Both the position numbers and the translations under genes were made by a program. A stretch of 64,000 nt of DNA from Alphaproteobacteria bacterium. Its GTDB lineage: Bacteria; Pseudomonadota; Alphaproteobacteria; UBA7985; JAUIBT01. The notes under the pieces were generated by a model. That model did no database searches and was not told where the DNA came from. It worked only from the letters and a program-made list of their open reading frames with translations. The stretch spans positions 26,794-90,793 of the forward strand of contig JAUIBT010000008.1 of assembly GCA_030428255.1 (NCBI GenBank). The letters are read 5' to 3'. Shown here in pieces: positions 1 to 9,459 of this stretch (positions are counted from its first letter, which is position 1; each line of letters begins with the position of its first letter).

Positions 1-908
1 CGTGCCTCTTGCACGCCTTCACCGGCGCGAAATCCTGCCTCAGCAATGTCTTCCGGGCGCAGGCCCAATATGACATCGCTGGGTAGGTCCGAGTTGGGGT
101 CGGAAAGAACCAGAGGCTCACCCGTATCGCGGGCGATCTCAATTCTTGTGCCACTGCCGTTTTTGTGTGTGCGGGCCGGGATCAGGTTCATGGCTGGCGA
201 GCCCATGAAGTCGGCAACGAACAGGTTTGCTGGACGGTTATAGATCTCCGCCGGCGAGCCGATTTGCTGCACCACGCCGCCCTTCAGCACAACGATCTTG
301 GTCGCCAGCGTCATGGCTTCGATCTGATCGTGGGTCACGTAGACCATGCTGGCCCCCAGGTTAAGGTGCAGCTTTTTGATCTCGCTGCGCATCTCAACTC
401 GCAGTTTGGCGTCCAGGTTGGACAGGGGCTCATCAAACAAGAACAGTTTTGGATCGCGCACCAGAGCCCGGCCCATAGCAACTCTTTGGCGTTGACCGCC
501 TGAGAGCTGGCTGGGACGGCGGTGCAAGAGTTGCTCGATTTGCAACTGCGAGGCCACTTGCTGCAACTTGGCCTCCTGCGTTGCGGCATCGACGCCGCGT
601 ACCTTCATGCCGAAGGTGATGTTCTTGGCTACCGTCATGGTGGGGTAAAGCGCATAGGATTGGAAGACCATGGCGATGTCCCGGTCCTTGGGGCTGACCT
701 GGGTCATATCGCGCCCATCGATCTCAATGCTGCCGCTGGTAATGGGCTCCAGGCCCGCGATGCAGTTCAGCAAGGTGGACTTACCACAGCCCGACGGACC
801 GACCAGGACCAGAAAGTCACCCGGCTCGATGGAGACGTTGATGTCCTTCAGGATCTCGGTTTGGCCGTAGTTCTTATAAAGCGACGTAATATCCAGAATA
901 GGAGCCAT
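1..908 (-). CDS. Sugar ABC transporter ATP-binding protein (MalK/MsmK family), truncated by window edge
   Basis: Manual translation from ATG at 908: MAPILDITSLYKNYG...LVGPSGCGKST (Walker A), MVFQSYALYP, LSGGQRQRVAMGRAL, FLFDEPLSNLD; follows two permeases. Confidence 0.93.
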   Translation of the reverse strand, partial: MAPILDITSLYKNYGQTEILKDINVSIEPGDFLVLVGPSGCGKSTLLNCIAGLEPITSGSIEIDGRDMTQVSPKDRDIAMVFQSYALYPTMTVAKNITFGMKVRGVDAATQEAKLQQVASQLQIEQLLHRRPSQLSGGQRQRVAMGRALVRDPKLFLFDEPLSNLDAKLRVEMRSEIKKLHLNLGASMVYVTHDQIEAMTLATKIVVLKGGVVQQIGSPAEIYNRPANLFVADFMGSPAMNLIPARTHKNGSGTRIEIARDTGEPLVLSDPNSDLPSDVILGLRPEDIAEAGFRAGEGVQEA

Positions 909-912
909 GGTA

Positions 913-1815
913 TTATCCTTTCACGGAGCCCGCAGTCAGGCCGCGGATAAAGTATTTGCCTGCAACGACATAGACCAGAAGGGTCGGCAAGGCGGCGATG
1001 ATAGCCGCTGCCATATCGACGTTGTATTCCTTCACGCCCGTCGTGGAGTTAACGATGTTATTGAGCGCGACCGTTATCGGTTGGGTGCCCGCCTGGCTAA
1101 AGGAGACGCCAAACAGAAAGTCGTTCCAGATCTGGGTGAATTGCCAGATGACCGTCACAACGATGATCGGAAGGCTCAAGGGCAAGAAGATCGACCAAAA
1201 GATGCGAAAGAAACCTGCGCCATCGACTTTGGCCGCTTTGACCAGCTCGCTTGGTACGCTGACGTAGTAGTTGCGGAAGAACAGCGTGGTAAAGCCGATG
1301 CCATAGACCACGTGCACGAAGATCAAGCCGGGAATGCTGCCTGCCAAACCCATCAGGCCCAAGGTGCGTGCCATGGGCAACAGCACCACCTGAAAGGGAA
1401 TGAAGCAGCCGAACAGCATGAGCGAGAAGATCAGGTTTGCGCCGCGAAACTTCCACTGAGCGATGACATAGCCGTTGATGGCCCCCAACAGGGTCGAAAT
1501 CAGCACCGCCGGAATTGCAAGCTGAACCGAATTCCAGAAATATGGGCGCAGGCCCTCGCACTGAATGCCGGTGCAGGCGCTGGACCAGGCGGTCCGCCAG
1601 GCCTCAAAGGTCACTTCGCGCGGCAGGGCCACTAGGCTGCCGGTGCGGATCTCCTCCAGGCTTTTCAGCGAGGTGGTCACCATCACGAACAAGGGCATGA
1701 GGTAGAAGAGGGCGAAGATCACCAAAACGCTGAGCAGGATCAGGCGCAAGATTGCTCTGCGCCATTTGCCCGCGCTACCGGCGTTGAAGGTGGATGCGGG
1801 CGCAAAATTAGTCAT
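913..1815 (-). CDS. Carbohydrate ABC transporter permease (MalG-like)
   Basis: Multiple TM segments, EAA-like ELVKAAKVDGAG, WQFTQIWNDFLFG. Confidence 0.93.
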   Translation of the reverse strand: MTNFAPASTFNAGSAGKWRRAILRLILLSVLVIFALFYLMPLFVMVTTSLKSLEEIRTGSLVALPREVTFEAWRTAWSSACTGIQCEGLRPYFWNSVQLAIPAVLISTLLGAINGYVIAQWKFRGANLIFSLMLFGCFIPFQVVLLPMARTLGLMGLAGSIPGLIFVHVVYGIGFTTLFFRNYYVSVPSELVKAAKVDGAGFFRIFWSIFLPLSLPIIVVTVIWQFTQIWNDFLFGVSFSQAGTQPITVALNNIVNSTTGVKEYNVDMAAAIIAALPTLLVYVVAGKYFIRGLTAGSVKG

Positions 1816-2680
1816 GTTTTGCCCTCAGCTCGGAATACAGATAGGGGACGACAATGGTGAAAACCACCGCCATCATGATCATGGCTGAGCTGGCCGCCTG
1901 ACCGATGTCACCGCGCGAAAAGGCCATGGTGTACATGTAGGTCGCGGGCAAGTCGGTCGCATAGCCAGGACCGCCGCCGGTCAGAGCAATCACCAGGTCA
2001 AAGCTCTTGATGGCCAGGTGCGCCAGCACGATGAAAGCGCTGAGGAAAATCGGAGCCATCGAGGGGATGATGATGGCCGAATAGATGCGCCAGGTCGGGA
2101 TGCCGTCCACTTGCGCGGCCTTGATGATCTCGCCGTCAACGCTGCGAAGGCCCGCCAAAAACAGGGCCATAACGAAGCCGGAGGCCTGCCAGACGCCGGC
2201 AATAACCACGGCGTAGATGGCCATCTTGGGGTCAATGACCCAATCGAAACTGAAGCTCTCAAAGCCCCAACCGCGAACCAGAGCTTCGATGCCAAGGCCG
2301 GGGTTCATGATCCATTTCCAGGCCGTACCAGTCACGATCATCGACAGGGCCATGGGGTAGAGGTAGATGGTGCGCAGCACGCCTTCGGTGCGGATCTTTT
2401 GATCCAGCAAGATCGCGATCAGCAAGCCCAGGATCATCGCGATTACGATAAACAAAAACCCGAAGATAAACAGGTTGTTAAGGGCGGTTTCCCAACGCGG
2501 GGAGGCGAACAGACGCTTGTATTGGATGAAGCCAGCGATGTCGTACTTGGGCAGCAGACGCGAGCGAGTGAAGGAGACCCAAGCCGTCCATCCGATGAAG
2601 CCGTACACAAAGAGCAAGACAGCGGCAAAGGAAGGGGCAAGGACGATCTTGGGGATGTGGCGTTGAAACCAATCAACCAT
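1808..2680 (-). CDS. Carbohydrate ABC transporter permease (MalF-like)
   Basis: TM segments, EIIKAAQVDG EAA loop, IKSFDLVIALTGGGPG. Confidence 0.93.
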   Translation of the reverse strand: MVDWFQRHIPKIVLAPSFAAVLLFVYGFIGWTAWVSFTRSRLLPKYDIAGFIQYKRLFASPRWETALNNLFIFGFLFIVIAMILGLLIAILLDQKIRTEGVLRTIYLYPMALSMIVTGTAWKWIMNPGLGIEALVRGWGFESFSFDWVIDPKMAIYAVVIAGVWQASGFVMALFLAGLRSVDGEIIKAAQVDGIPTWRIYSAIIIPSMAPIFLSAFIVLAHLAIKSFDLVIALTGGGPGYATDLPATYMYTMAFSRGDIGQAASSAMIMMAVVFTIVVPYLYSELRAKHD

Positions 2681-2693
2681 GACTTCGACCTTT

Positions 2694-2734
2694 CAAAAGA
2701 CGACCCTGCAGCCAGTGAGGCTCGCTGCAGGGTC
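2694..2734 (-). terminator. Intergenic stem-loop between SBP and permease genes (terminator or mRNA stabiliser)
   Basis: GACCCTGCAGC...GCTGCAGGGTC 11-bp inverted repeat with a T-rich tail on the minus strand. Confidence 0.6.
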
Positions 2735-2741
2735 TGTCGGC

Positions 2742-3989
2742 TTACATGGAGTTTGCGACGGCCTGAGCCAGCATCTTAACAGCGTCTTCAGACGACATGT
2801 CAGAGTTGAAGTGGGCAGTCACAACGTCAGTGATGGCACCAGACTGAGCGCCACGCAGGGCCATGCCGTGGGCATAGCTGGGCAGCAGCGAACCATTGGC
2901 AGAGCTGTCAGCCATGTCCTGTGCAGACAGGTGCGCACAGCTGTCGAACTCGTCCAGAGCCACGTCGGTGCGGGCAGGGATTGAGCCCTTGTTCAGGTTG
3001 AAGACCTTCTGGAAGTTCTTGCCAACAATCAGCTTAGCCAACAGTTGCTGGCCTGCTTCTTTGTCAGCGCCGCCAACATCGAACATTGCAAAGCTGTCTA
3101 CGTTGTAGAGGAAGCCGTCGCCCGGAGTTGAGGCGCACAAGAAGTCCTGACCTGGTACCTTGCCAGCCGCCAGGAACTCGCCTTTGGCCCAGTCACCCAT
3201 GATTTGGAAGGCTGCTTCGCCGTTCATGACCATCGCGGTTGCCAGGTTCCAGTCACGACCAGAGAAGTTGTCGTCAACGTAGCCACGCAGGGTACGCATC
3301 TGATCAAAGACCTTAACCATGGCGTCAGAGGTCAGCGTGTCAGCGTCCAGCTCAACGAAGGCCTTGTGGAAGCCTTCAGCGCCCAGGATGCCCAGAGCAG
3401 CAGCTTCAAAGACAGTTGCGTCTTGCCAAGCCTGGCCACCATGCGCCAGTGGGATAATGCCCGCTGCCTTCAGCTTTTCAGCTGCAGCGTTGAACTCGTC
3501 CCAAGTGGTGGGCATGTCGATGCCGTTGGCTTTCAGAACGTCGGCGTTGGCCCAAATCCAGTCCACGCGGTGAACGTTCACAGGTGCAGCACACCAGGTG
3601 CCGTCGCACTTCATGTGGCCAGCGATCGACGCCGGCAGTACGTCTGCCCAGCCTTCAGCTTCGGCCACAGCAGAGATGTCAGCCAAAACGCCTTCTTCGT
3701 ACCACTCTTGAATGGCCGGGCCCTTGAGCTGAACGGCTGCCGGGGCATTGCCAGACAGAACACGGGCACGCAGCGCGGTCATGGCAGCATCGCCGCCGCC
3801 GCCTGCTACGGGCATATCAGTCCAGGTGCCGCCGTTAGCGGAAAATTCTTGCTGCAAAACTGCAACGGACTTGGCTTCGCCACCAGACGTCCACCAGTGC
3901 AGGACTTCTGCCTTAGGCTCAGCCCAAGCCGAGCTGGCTGCGGTCAGCGCCACAGCAGAGAGAGTCGCAAGTGCGGTAAATCGGATCAT
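2742..3989 (-). CDS. Sugar ABC transporter substrate-binding protein (glucose/mannose GtsA-like)
   Basis: Signal peptide MIRFTALATL...AWA; EVLHWWTSGGE, APVNVHRVDW, FQIMGDWAKGEF; start chosen at ATG 3989 with GGAGG RBS. Confidence 0.9.
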   Translation of the reverse strand: MIRFTALATLSAVALTAASSAWAEPKAEVLHWWTSGGEAKSVAVLQQEFSANGGTWTDMPVAGGGGDAAMTALRARVLSGNAPAAVQLKGPAIQEWYEEGVLADISAVAEAEGWADVLPASIAGHMKCDGTWCAAPVNVHRVDWIWANADVLKANGIDMPTTWDEFNAAAEKLKAAGIIPLAHGGQAWQDATVFEAAALGILGAEGFHKAFVELDADTLTSDAMVKVFDQMRTLRGYVDDNFSGRDWNLATAMVMNGEAAFQIMGDWAKGEFLAAGKVPGQDFLCASTPGDGFLYNVDSFAMFDVGGADKEAGQQLLAKLIVGKNFQKVFNLNKGSIPARTDVALDEFDSCAHLSAQDMADSSANGSLLPSYAHGMALRGAQSGAITDVVTAHFNSDMSSEDAVKMLAQAVANSM

Positions 3990-4115
3990 ATCATTCCTCC
4001 CAGAAATGTCGGGGCCGGGTGTGGCCGCCGCTGGGCACACGCTGGCTGAATTCGGGCAAATCGCAACAGGAGATCCCATCACATTATCCAAAAAAGATAA
4101 GAAAGTGGCTTGGAT

Positions 4116-4161
4116 TGTTACAGTCTGTTACGCAAGCCTAGATTTTGTTGCACATTGTTAC
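4116..4161. promoter_or_regulatory. Candidate OmpR-family operator: four TGTT(A/G)C direct repeats
   Basis: TGTTAC at 4116, 4126 and 4156 and TGTTGC at 4146, in 10-bp phase, between the SBP gene and the divergent response regulator. Confidence 0.65.
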
Positions 4162-4214
4162 AAACATTCGCGGTTGGCCGCCCAGGTTCGGGCGATTTGA
4201 GGAGGAGAGGCCAC

Positions 4215-4955
4215 ATGACGATCCCGCGCCTGTTGGTGGTGGACGACGACAATGAGACTCGCGAGATGATGAGCGAGTTCTTGCGCCAGCACGGCTATAT
4301 CGCACTGCCCGCCAAGAGTGAGAGCGAAATCCGCCAGCACTTGAGCGCCGGGCGTATCGATCTGATTTTGCTGGATGTTATGCTGGGCGACGAGAACGGA
4401 GTCGAGATTTGCGCTCGACTGCGCAGGGATCAGGACGTACCGATCATATTGGTCTCTGCTTTGTCGGCCGATCATCACCGCATGGCCGGATATCAGGTGG
4501 GAGCCGATGACTATGTGGCCAAACCTTTTAACCCGCAACTGCTTCTGGCTCGGGTGCGGGCAGTGTTGCAGCGCGCTCAACGCAGCTCTTCGCTGGTCTA
4601 TCGCAGGCGCACTGCTAGTTACAGCTTTGCGGGCTGGCATTATGACGGCAAGCGTGATGAGCTGCGCTCGCCCGAAGGCTTCCAGGTCAATCTGTCCAAA
4701 CGCGAATCGGCGCTGTTGAGGGTTTTCTTGGCCAATGCCCACATTCCCCTAACCCGCGACGAGATCGCAGCCGCGCTGGATGTGACCGGCGACGGTGAAG
4801 GTGGCGCAGAAGGCTCCGGGCGGGCGATCGACGTGCTGGTCGGCCGCCTTCGCACCAAGATCGAGGCGCAGCCCAAAGACCCGCGCTTGCTGCGCACTCA
4901 GCGCGGCCTTGGTTATGTGTTCGCGGTTGACGTGACCGAGGAGGAGGGCGCGTGA
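4215..4955 (+). CDS. OmpR-family response regulator
   Basis: LLVVDDD, LILLDVML, GADDYVAKPF, winged-helix RAIDVLVGRLRTKIE...GLGYVF; GAGGAG RBS. Confidence 0.93.
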   Translation: MTIPRLLVVDDDNETREMMSEFLRQHGYIALPAKSESEIRQHLSAGRIDLILLDVMLGDENGVEICARLRRDQDVPIILVSALSADHHRMAGYQVGADDYVAKPFNPQLLLARVRAVLQRAQRSSSLVYRRRTASYSFAGWHYDGKRDELRSPEGFQVNLSKRESALLRVFLANAHIPLTRDEIAAALDVTGDGEGGAEGSGRAIDVLVGRLRTKIEAQPKDPRLLRTQRGLGYVFAVDVTEEEGA

Positions 4956-6394
4956 GCTTGCGTCTGCGCTCGTTGGGCTTGGTCATGATGAGCCTGGCGG
5001 TCGGCCTCAGCTTAAGCGCGGCCTGGATGTGGTTTTCTTCCAATGCGGCCTGGCAGAGCCACTTGACCAAGAACTTCGTTGCGGGCGTATCGCTCTATGA
5101 GTTCTTGCGCAGTGGCAGCGCTTTGGTCGATGGGCTCGGCGCCCAGCCACTAAACCCCGAACAGGCTGATCTGGCAGAGCACGGCGCTTTCACCCGTCTG
5201 CAGGGCAACCCGGTTCCGGCCTATGTCACGCATGTCGCGCTTGCGCAGGGCGGACCAGACCCGACTCTGAGCACCAGCTTGAATTTGGCGATCATATCGG
5301 ACCGGCTGCGCTACTCCTTGGCCGAGTTGGACGCCAGCGGCGGTGGATCGGGCGCGGCAAAGGTGGGGCAAGTCACCCGCCTAATCGCCACCTATTGCAG
5401 TCAGGCCAAGGTGATCGCCCGCTTTGGCGACGGCGCCTGGTGGCAGATTGATGGAACGCAGCTTTGGGGCTGTAAGGCCGGGCCGGCCGATTTGCGGCTG
5501 TGGGCGGTCTTGCTGGGCGCGCTCTGCCTGGCCGTGTGTTCAACCTTGATCGTCGAGACTTCCTCGCACTTTGACACCTTCGCGCGGGCTTTGCGCAACC
5601 GCCGACGCCTGGGTGGGCCGGACAGTTACTCGACCAGCGGCCCGCAAGAGCTGCGCGAGATCGTTGAAGCGGTGAATTCCTATCTGGAAGCCGAGCGCGA
5701 CCAACTGCACAAGCGTGCGATTGTCTTATCTGGTGTCAGCCACGACCTGGGCACGCCCGCGACCCGCCTGCGCTTGCGCACGGCGCTGATTGGCGACACC
5801 GAGCTGCGGGAAAAGCTGGAGCACGATATCGACCGCATGACCGGCATGATCGACAGCGTGTTGACCTATACCAGGGCCGAACTCAACGCAGAGGAACCGC
5901 GTCAAATCTCCTTGACCGCGCTGGTGGAATCCCTGGTGGCGGACTACCAGGACATGGGAAAGCCGGTGGATTTGACGACCACGGGCGGCGCTTGGGTGGA
6001 GGCGGGGCGGTCGGTCTTCGCAGCTCAGGCGGGTCACGCGACCATGCCGGATCGCCAGCGCATTCTGGTGGTGGCGCGGCCCATATCGTTACAACGCGCC
6101 ATCTCGAACCTAATCGACAATGCGCTGAAATATGGCCGCCGGGCCAGAGTTGAAATCCGCGCGACTGCGGATCGGGCGGTGATCAGGGTCCAAGACGAAG
6201 GCTCGGGCATGTCGGTTGAAGACATCGAGGCGGTGATCGCGCCCTTCAAGCGGGGCGACAACACCACGGCGGTCGATGGCTTTGGGCTGGGGCTGACCAT
6301 TGTGGCGGCTGTCGCCGAGCAACACGGCGGGCAGCTCAGCTTTGAAGCCAGTAAGCCCGGACTGGTGGCCTGCCTGGAAATCAGCAGGCAGTAG
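4952..6394 (+). CDS. Sensor histidine kinase
   Basis: Two TM segments, H-box VSHDLGTP, N-box NLIDNALKYG, DEGSG, GFGLGLTIV; overlaps the regulator stop (GTGA). Confidence 0.92.
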   Translation: MSLRLRSLGLVMMSLAVGLSLSAAWMWFSSNAAWQSHLTKNFVAGVSLYEFLRSGSALVDGLGAQPLNPEQADLAEHGAFTRLQGNPVPAYVTHVALAQGGPDPTLSTSLNLAIISDRLRYSLAELDASGGGSGAAKVGQVTRLIATYCSQAKVIARFGDGAWWQIDGTQLWGCKAGPADLRLWAVLLGALCLAVCSTLIVETSSHFDTFARALRNRRRLGGPDSYSTSGPQELREIVEAVNSYLEAERDQLHKRAIVLSGVSHDLGTPATRLRLRTALIGDTELREKLEHDIDRMTGMIDSVLTYTRAELNAEEPRQISLTALVESLVADYQDMGKPVDLTTTGGAWVEAGRSVFAAQAGHATMPDRQRILVVARPISLQRAISNLIDNALKYGRRARVEIRATADRAVIRVQDEGSGMSVEDIEAVIAPFKRGDNTTAVDGFGLGLTIVAAVAEQHGGQLSFEASKPGLVACLEISRQ

Positions 6395-6402
6395 CCACTT
6401 GC

Positions 6403-7413
6403 TTAGCGGAACAGGCGGTCGCCCAAACTGGTCTTGTCGCTATAAAGGCCAGCCACCTGCTCGGCATAGCCGTTGTAGGGCAGGGTTGGGCGCCGCTCGC
6501 CCGTGCCGATGTCTTGCTCGCTGGCTTGCGACCAGCGTGGATGCGGGATCTCAGGGTTGACGTTGGCCCAAAAGCCGTACTCGCGCCGATTGAGCTGCTC
6601 CCAAAAGCTGACGGGCTGCTTGTCGGTGAAGGTGATGCGCACCAATCCCTTGGCGGACTTGAAACCGTATTTCCAGGGCAGGGCCAGGCGCAGAGGCGCG
6701 CCCATCTGTTTGGGCAGCGGTTGGCCATAAACCCCGGTTGCCATGAAGGCCAGGTCGTTGCTGGCTTCGGCGACCGTTAGCCCCTCGATGTAGGGCCAAG
6801 GGTAGCGGGTCTCGCGCTGGCCGATGGCCACTTCTGGATTGTTAAAGGTTTCAAAGCGCAAATACTTGGCGCTAGACAAGGGGGCCGCGCGCTTGACCAG
6901 CGCTGCTAAAGGGAAGCCCGACCAAGGCACCGTCATCGCCCAGGTTTCAACGCAGCGATGGCGATAAATGCGCTCCTCCAGCGGCATGGCGGCCAGCAGG
7001 TCGTCGATTTCAAAGGTCAAAGGCTTTTCGACCATGCCGTCGATTTCCAGCCGCCAAGGCCTCAACGGCAGCGCTTGGGCTTGCTTCCAGATCGACTTGG
7101 AGGTGCCGAATCCTGAGAAGAATTCATAGTAGTTGTTATAGACCGCCGTGATGCGCGAGGGCGTCACCGGGTAGGTTTGCCCCGCCACGTCTGCGCTCGC
7201 ATAGGCTGGATTAACCCGAACGGGATAAAGATGAGCGGAAGGATCGGCCTGCCCCTCTTTTGCCTTGACTGGCGAAGCAGCCAACAAGCCCCCGCCGGCT
7301 AGGCCTGCGCCGAGCCCGGTTAGAGCACCCAAAGCCCGCCGGCGATTGAGAACAATTTTCGCATCGGTGACTTGAGCTTCTGGGATCAACCCTTTGAATC
7401 TTAGTCGTTTCAT
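6403..7413 (-). CDS. msrP: Protein-methionine-sulfoxide reductase catalytic subunit (molybdoenzyme)
   Basis: Tat-like NRRRAL, YNNYYEF, RHRCVETW, PWPYIEGL, GAPLRLALPWKYGFKS, YGFWANVNP, HPRWSQASE. Confidence 0.92.
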   Translation of the reverse strand: MKRLRFKGLIPEAQVTDAKIVLNRRRALGALTGLGAGLAGGGLLAASPVKAKEGQADPSAHLYPVRVNPAYASADVAGQTYPVTPSRITAVYNNYYEFFSGFGTSKSIWKQAQALPLRPWRLEIDGMVEKPLTFEIDDLLAAMPLEERIYRHRCVETWAMTVPWSGFPLAALVKRAAPLSSAKYLRFETFNNPEVAIGQRETRYPWPYIEGLTVAEASNDLAFMATGVYGQPLPKQMGAPLRLALPWKYGFKSAKGLVRITFTDKQPVSFWEQLNRREYGFWANVNPEIPHPRWSQASEQDIGTGERRPTLPYNGYAEQVAGLYSDKTSLGDRLFR

Positions 7414-7635
7414 GTCCGCTCCCCCCGTCATTTAACAACCTACGTGCGAAAGACCTTGGCGGCATACCATGGTAAGGTCAACTCACGCTTTAGGGACGAG
7501 ACATCACAAGCTGTGGATAGCTGGTGAAAATTTTCCCATTTTTGTACTTTTGAGGGGTTGCGAATCACCACGCTCTTGCCCAGAACCTTATGGTCTCAGA
7601 AAAATAACGAACAGCAGACGTGTTTAGGGATCTCT

Positions 7636-7737
7636 ATGTCAATCAACAGCTTGCGCCTAATGACCCTCGTCGGGGCAGCCATCCTATTCGCGCTTTTATC
7701 GAATTCATTCGCCGAGGCTGCGATCTTGCTGGGCTAA
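7636..7737 (+). CDS. Candidate small hydrophobic peptide (33 aa)
   Basis: AGGGA upstream of ATG 7636; MSINSLRLMTLVGAAILFALLSNSFAEAAILLG*; below the ORF-track size cutoff. Confidence 0.35.
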   Translation: MSINSLRLMTLVGAAILFALLSNSFAEAAILLG

Positions 7738-7868
7738 GGCCAAGCGCAAGAGTCATCGTGGGCCAATTCCCCTCAAGTCTTGGTTCAAATCCCCACACCT
7801 TGGGGCCTAGGCGCCCATACATAAGCCTAGGCAGTTTTCGCATTTAGACCCGTGTGCATACGCTGGCG

Positions 7869-8546
7869 CTAGGCTTGATCTAAAGGCTCAGCAAGCAGTT
7901 CGCCCGCGAAATCCGGTAGGCCCGGTTGCCGCCGCCGCTTGAGCCGCTCGGCGGCGATGATGGCTTGAACCGCGCTGACGGTCTCATCCAGATCCCTATT
8001 AATCAAGACATACTCATAGTCTTGCCAGTGGCTGATCTCACCATGCGCGCCTTGCATGCGCCGATTGACGGTCTCGGCGTTGTCTTGATTGCGCGCGCGC
8101 AGGCGAACCCGCAGATCGTCAATCGATGGCGGCAGCAAGAAAATTGACACCACATCATCAGGCGCAGCGGCGCGCAGTTGTTCGGCGCCCTGCCAGTCCA
8201 CGTCGAAGATCACGTCCTTGCCGTCTGCCAGGGCCTCCATAACGGGTGCTTTGGGAGTGCCATAAAGGTTCCCAAAGACCTCGGCGTGCTCGAAAAAGGC
8301 CTGGTCTTGGATCCGCTGCTCGAAATCCGCGCGTTCGATGAAGAAGTAGTCCCGGCCATCGACCTCACCGGGGCGCATGGGCCGGGTGGTTGCGGAGACT
8401 GAGGAGACAATCAGCGCGTCGGCCGACAAAATTCGCCTTGCGGTCGAGGACTTGCCGGCTCCGGACGGCGAGGACAGAATGACCATCAGGCCCCGGCGCG
8501 GGGCGTAACGCTTGGCATCTGCGAGCAGCAGGGAGAGGGTGAGCAT
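7869..8546 (-). CDS. gmk: Guanylate kinase
   Basis: SSPSGAGKS, SVSATTRPMRPGEVDGRDYFF, EHAEVFGNLYGT, DVDWQGA; yicC-gmk synteny. Confidence 0.95.
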   Translation of the reverse strand: MLTLSLLLADAKRYAPRRGLMVILSSPSGAGKSSTARRILSADALIVSSVSATTRPMRPGEVDGRDYFFIERADFEQRIQDQAFFEHAEVFGNLYGTPKAPVMEALADGKDVIFDVDWQGAEQLRAAAPDDVVSIFLLPPSIDDLRVRLRARNQDNAETVNRRMQGAHGEISHWQDYEYVLINRDLDETVSAVQAIIAAERLKRRRQPGLPDFAGELLAEPLDQA

Positions 8547-8550
8547 GGCC

Positions 8551-9423
8551 TTACTCCAGGTTGGCGCATTGTTCGCGAAGTTGATCGACCGACGACTTGA
8601 GGCCAAGGCCCAAGTTGGTCATCGCTATGCTGGTTGATTTTGAGCACAGCGTGTTGCTTTCCCGCACGAATTCTTGGCACAGGTGGTCGAGCGCGCGCCC
8701 CTTGGGGCCAGCGCTGGTCAGCAGCTTGCGGGCAGAGATGATGTGCGAGTCCAGGCGTTGCAACTCCTCAGCGACATCACCTTTGACCGCCAACAGCGCC
8801 GCTTCTTGGGCCAGGCGCTGGGGCTCCAGGCGCTTGTCGCTGCCGAAAAGGTCTTGAATCTGCGCTTCGATCTTGGTGGCGAAGGCCGATGCATCGGTCT
8901 TGGCCTGGTCCTTGGCCGCCTGCAAGCTGGCCTCGATATCCGACAAGATACCGACAAGGGTCTCAGCCAGCAGGGCGCCTTCAGCGCGGCGCGAGGCCAA
9001 GAAGTCGTCGATGCAGCGATCCAGCGAAGCTAGGAACAGCGGCACCAGCGCGGCTTCACCCTCCTCGTTGTGCTGGGTTTGAGGACGCAGCACGCCCGGC
9101 AACGCCAAAAGCTCAACCAGGGTCGGGGCGGGGTCCTGATCGGCGCACAGAGCCTTGAGCCGTGCGAGCCAGTCTTCATCCAGCGAAAAGCTGCTCAGCG
9201 CCGGGCTTTCGACCCGCAGACCCAGGTTGACCGTGCCGCGCTTGATCTTGGCGGCCAGGCGCTTGCGGCACTCGGGCTCCAAGCGGTCGGTCCAAGGGCC
9301 CATGCGGCACTTGAGTTCAAAGCCTTTGGCGTTGACAGAGCGCAACTCCCACGCCCAACTGGTGCCCTCGTGTGACCCCGCATTGCGGGCAAATCCGGTC
9401 ATGGAAAGGGGAGCGCTGGTCAT
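8551..9423 (-). CDS. yicC: YicC/YloC family endoribonuclease
   Basis: SMTGFA, WELRSVN, DVAEELQRL, GRALDHLCQEFVRESNTLCSKS, DQLREQCANLE. Confidence 0.92.
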   Translation of the reverse strand: MTSAPLSMTGFARNAGSHEGTSWAWELRSVNAKGFELKCRMGPWTDRLEPECRKRLAAKIKRGTVNLGLRVESPALSSFSLDEDWLARLKALCADQDPAPTLVELLALPGVLRPQTQHNEEGEAALVPLFLASLDRCIDDFLASRRAEGALLAETLVGILSDIEASLQAAKDQAKTDASAFATKIEAQIQDLFGSDKRLEPQRLAQEAALLAVKGDVAEELQRLDSHIISARKLLTSAGPKGRALDHLCQEFVRESNTLCSKSTSIAMTNLGLGLKSSVDQLREQCANLE

Positions 9424-9459
9424 GGGAGCTTCCTGCAGTTGGGCTGTGGAGAGGGTTTA

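Noticed and set aside
7620-7847. 75-aa and 66-aa ORF-track calls in the msrP-gmk gap
   Set aside because: No motifs or convincing RBS; a shorter hydrophobic ORF at 7636-7737 is more plausible
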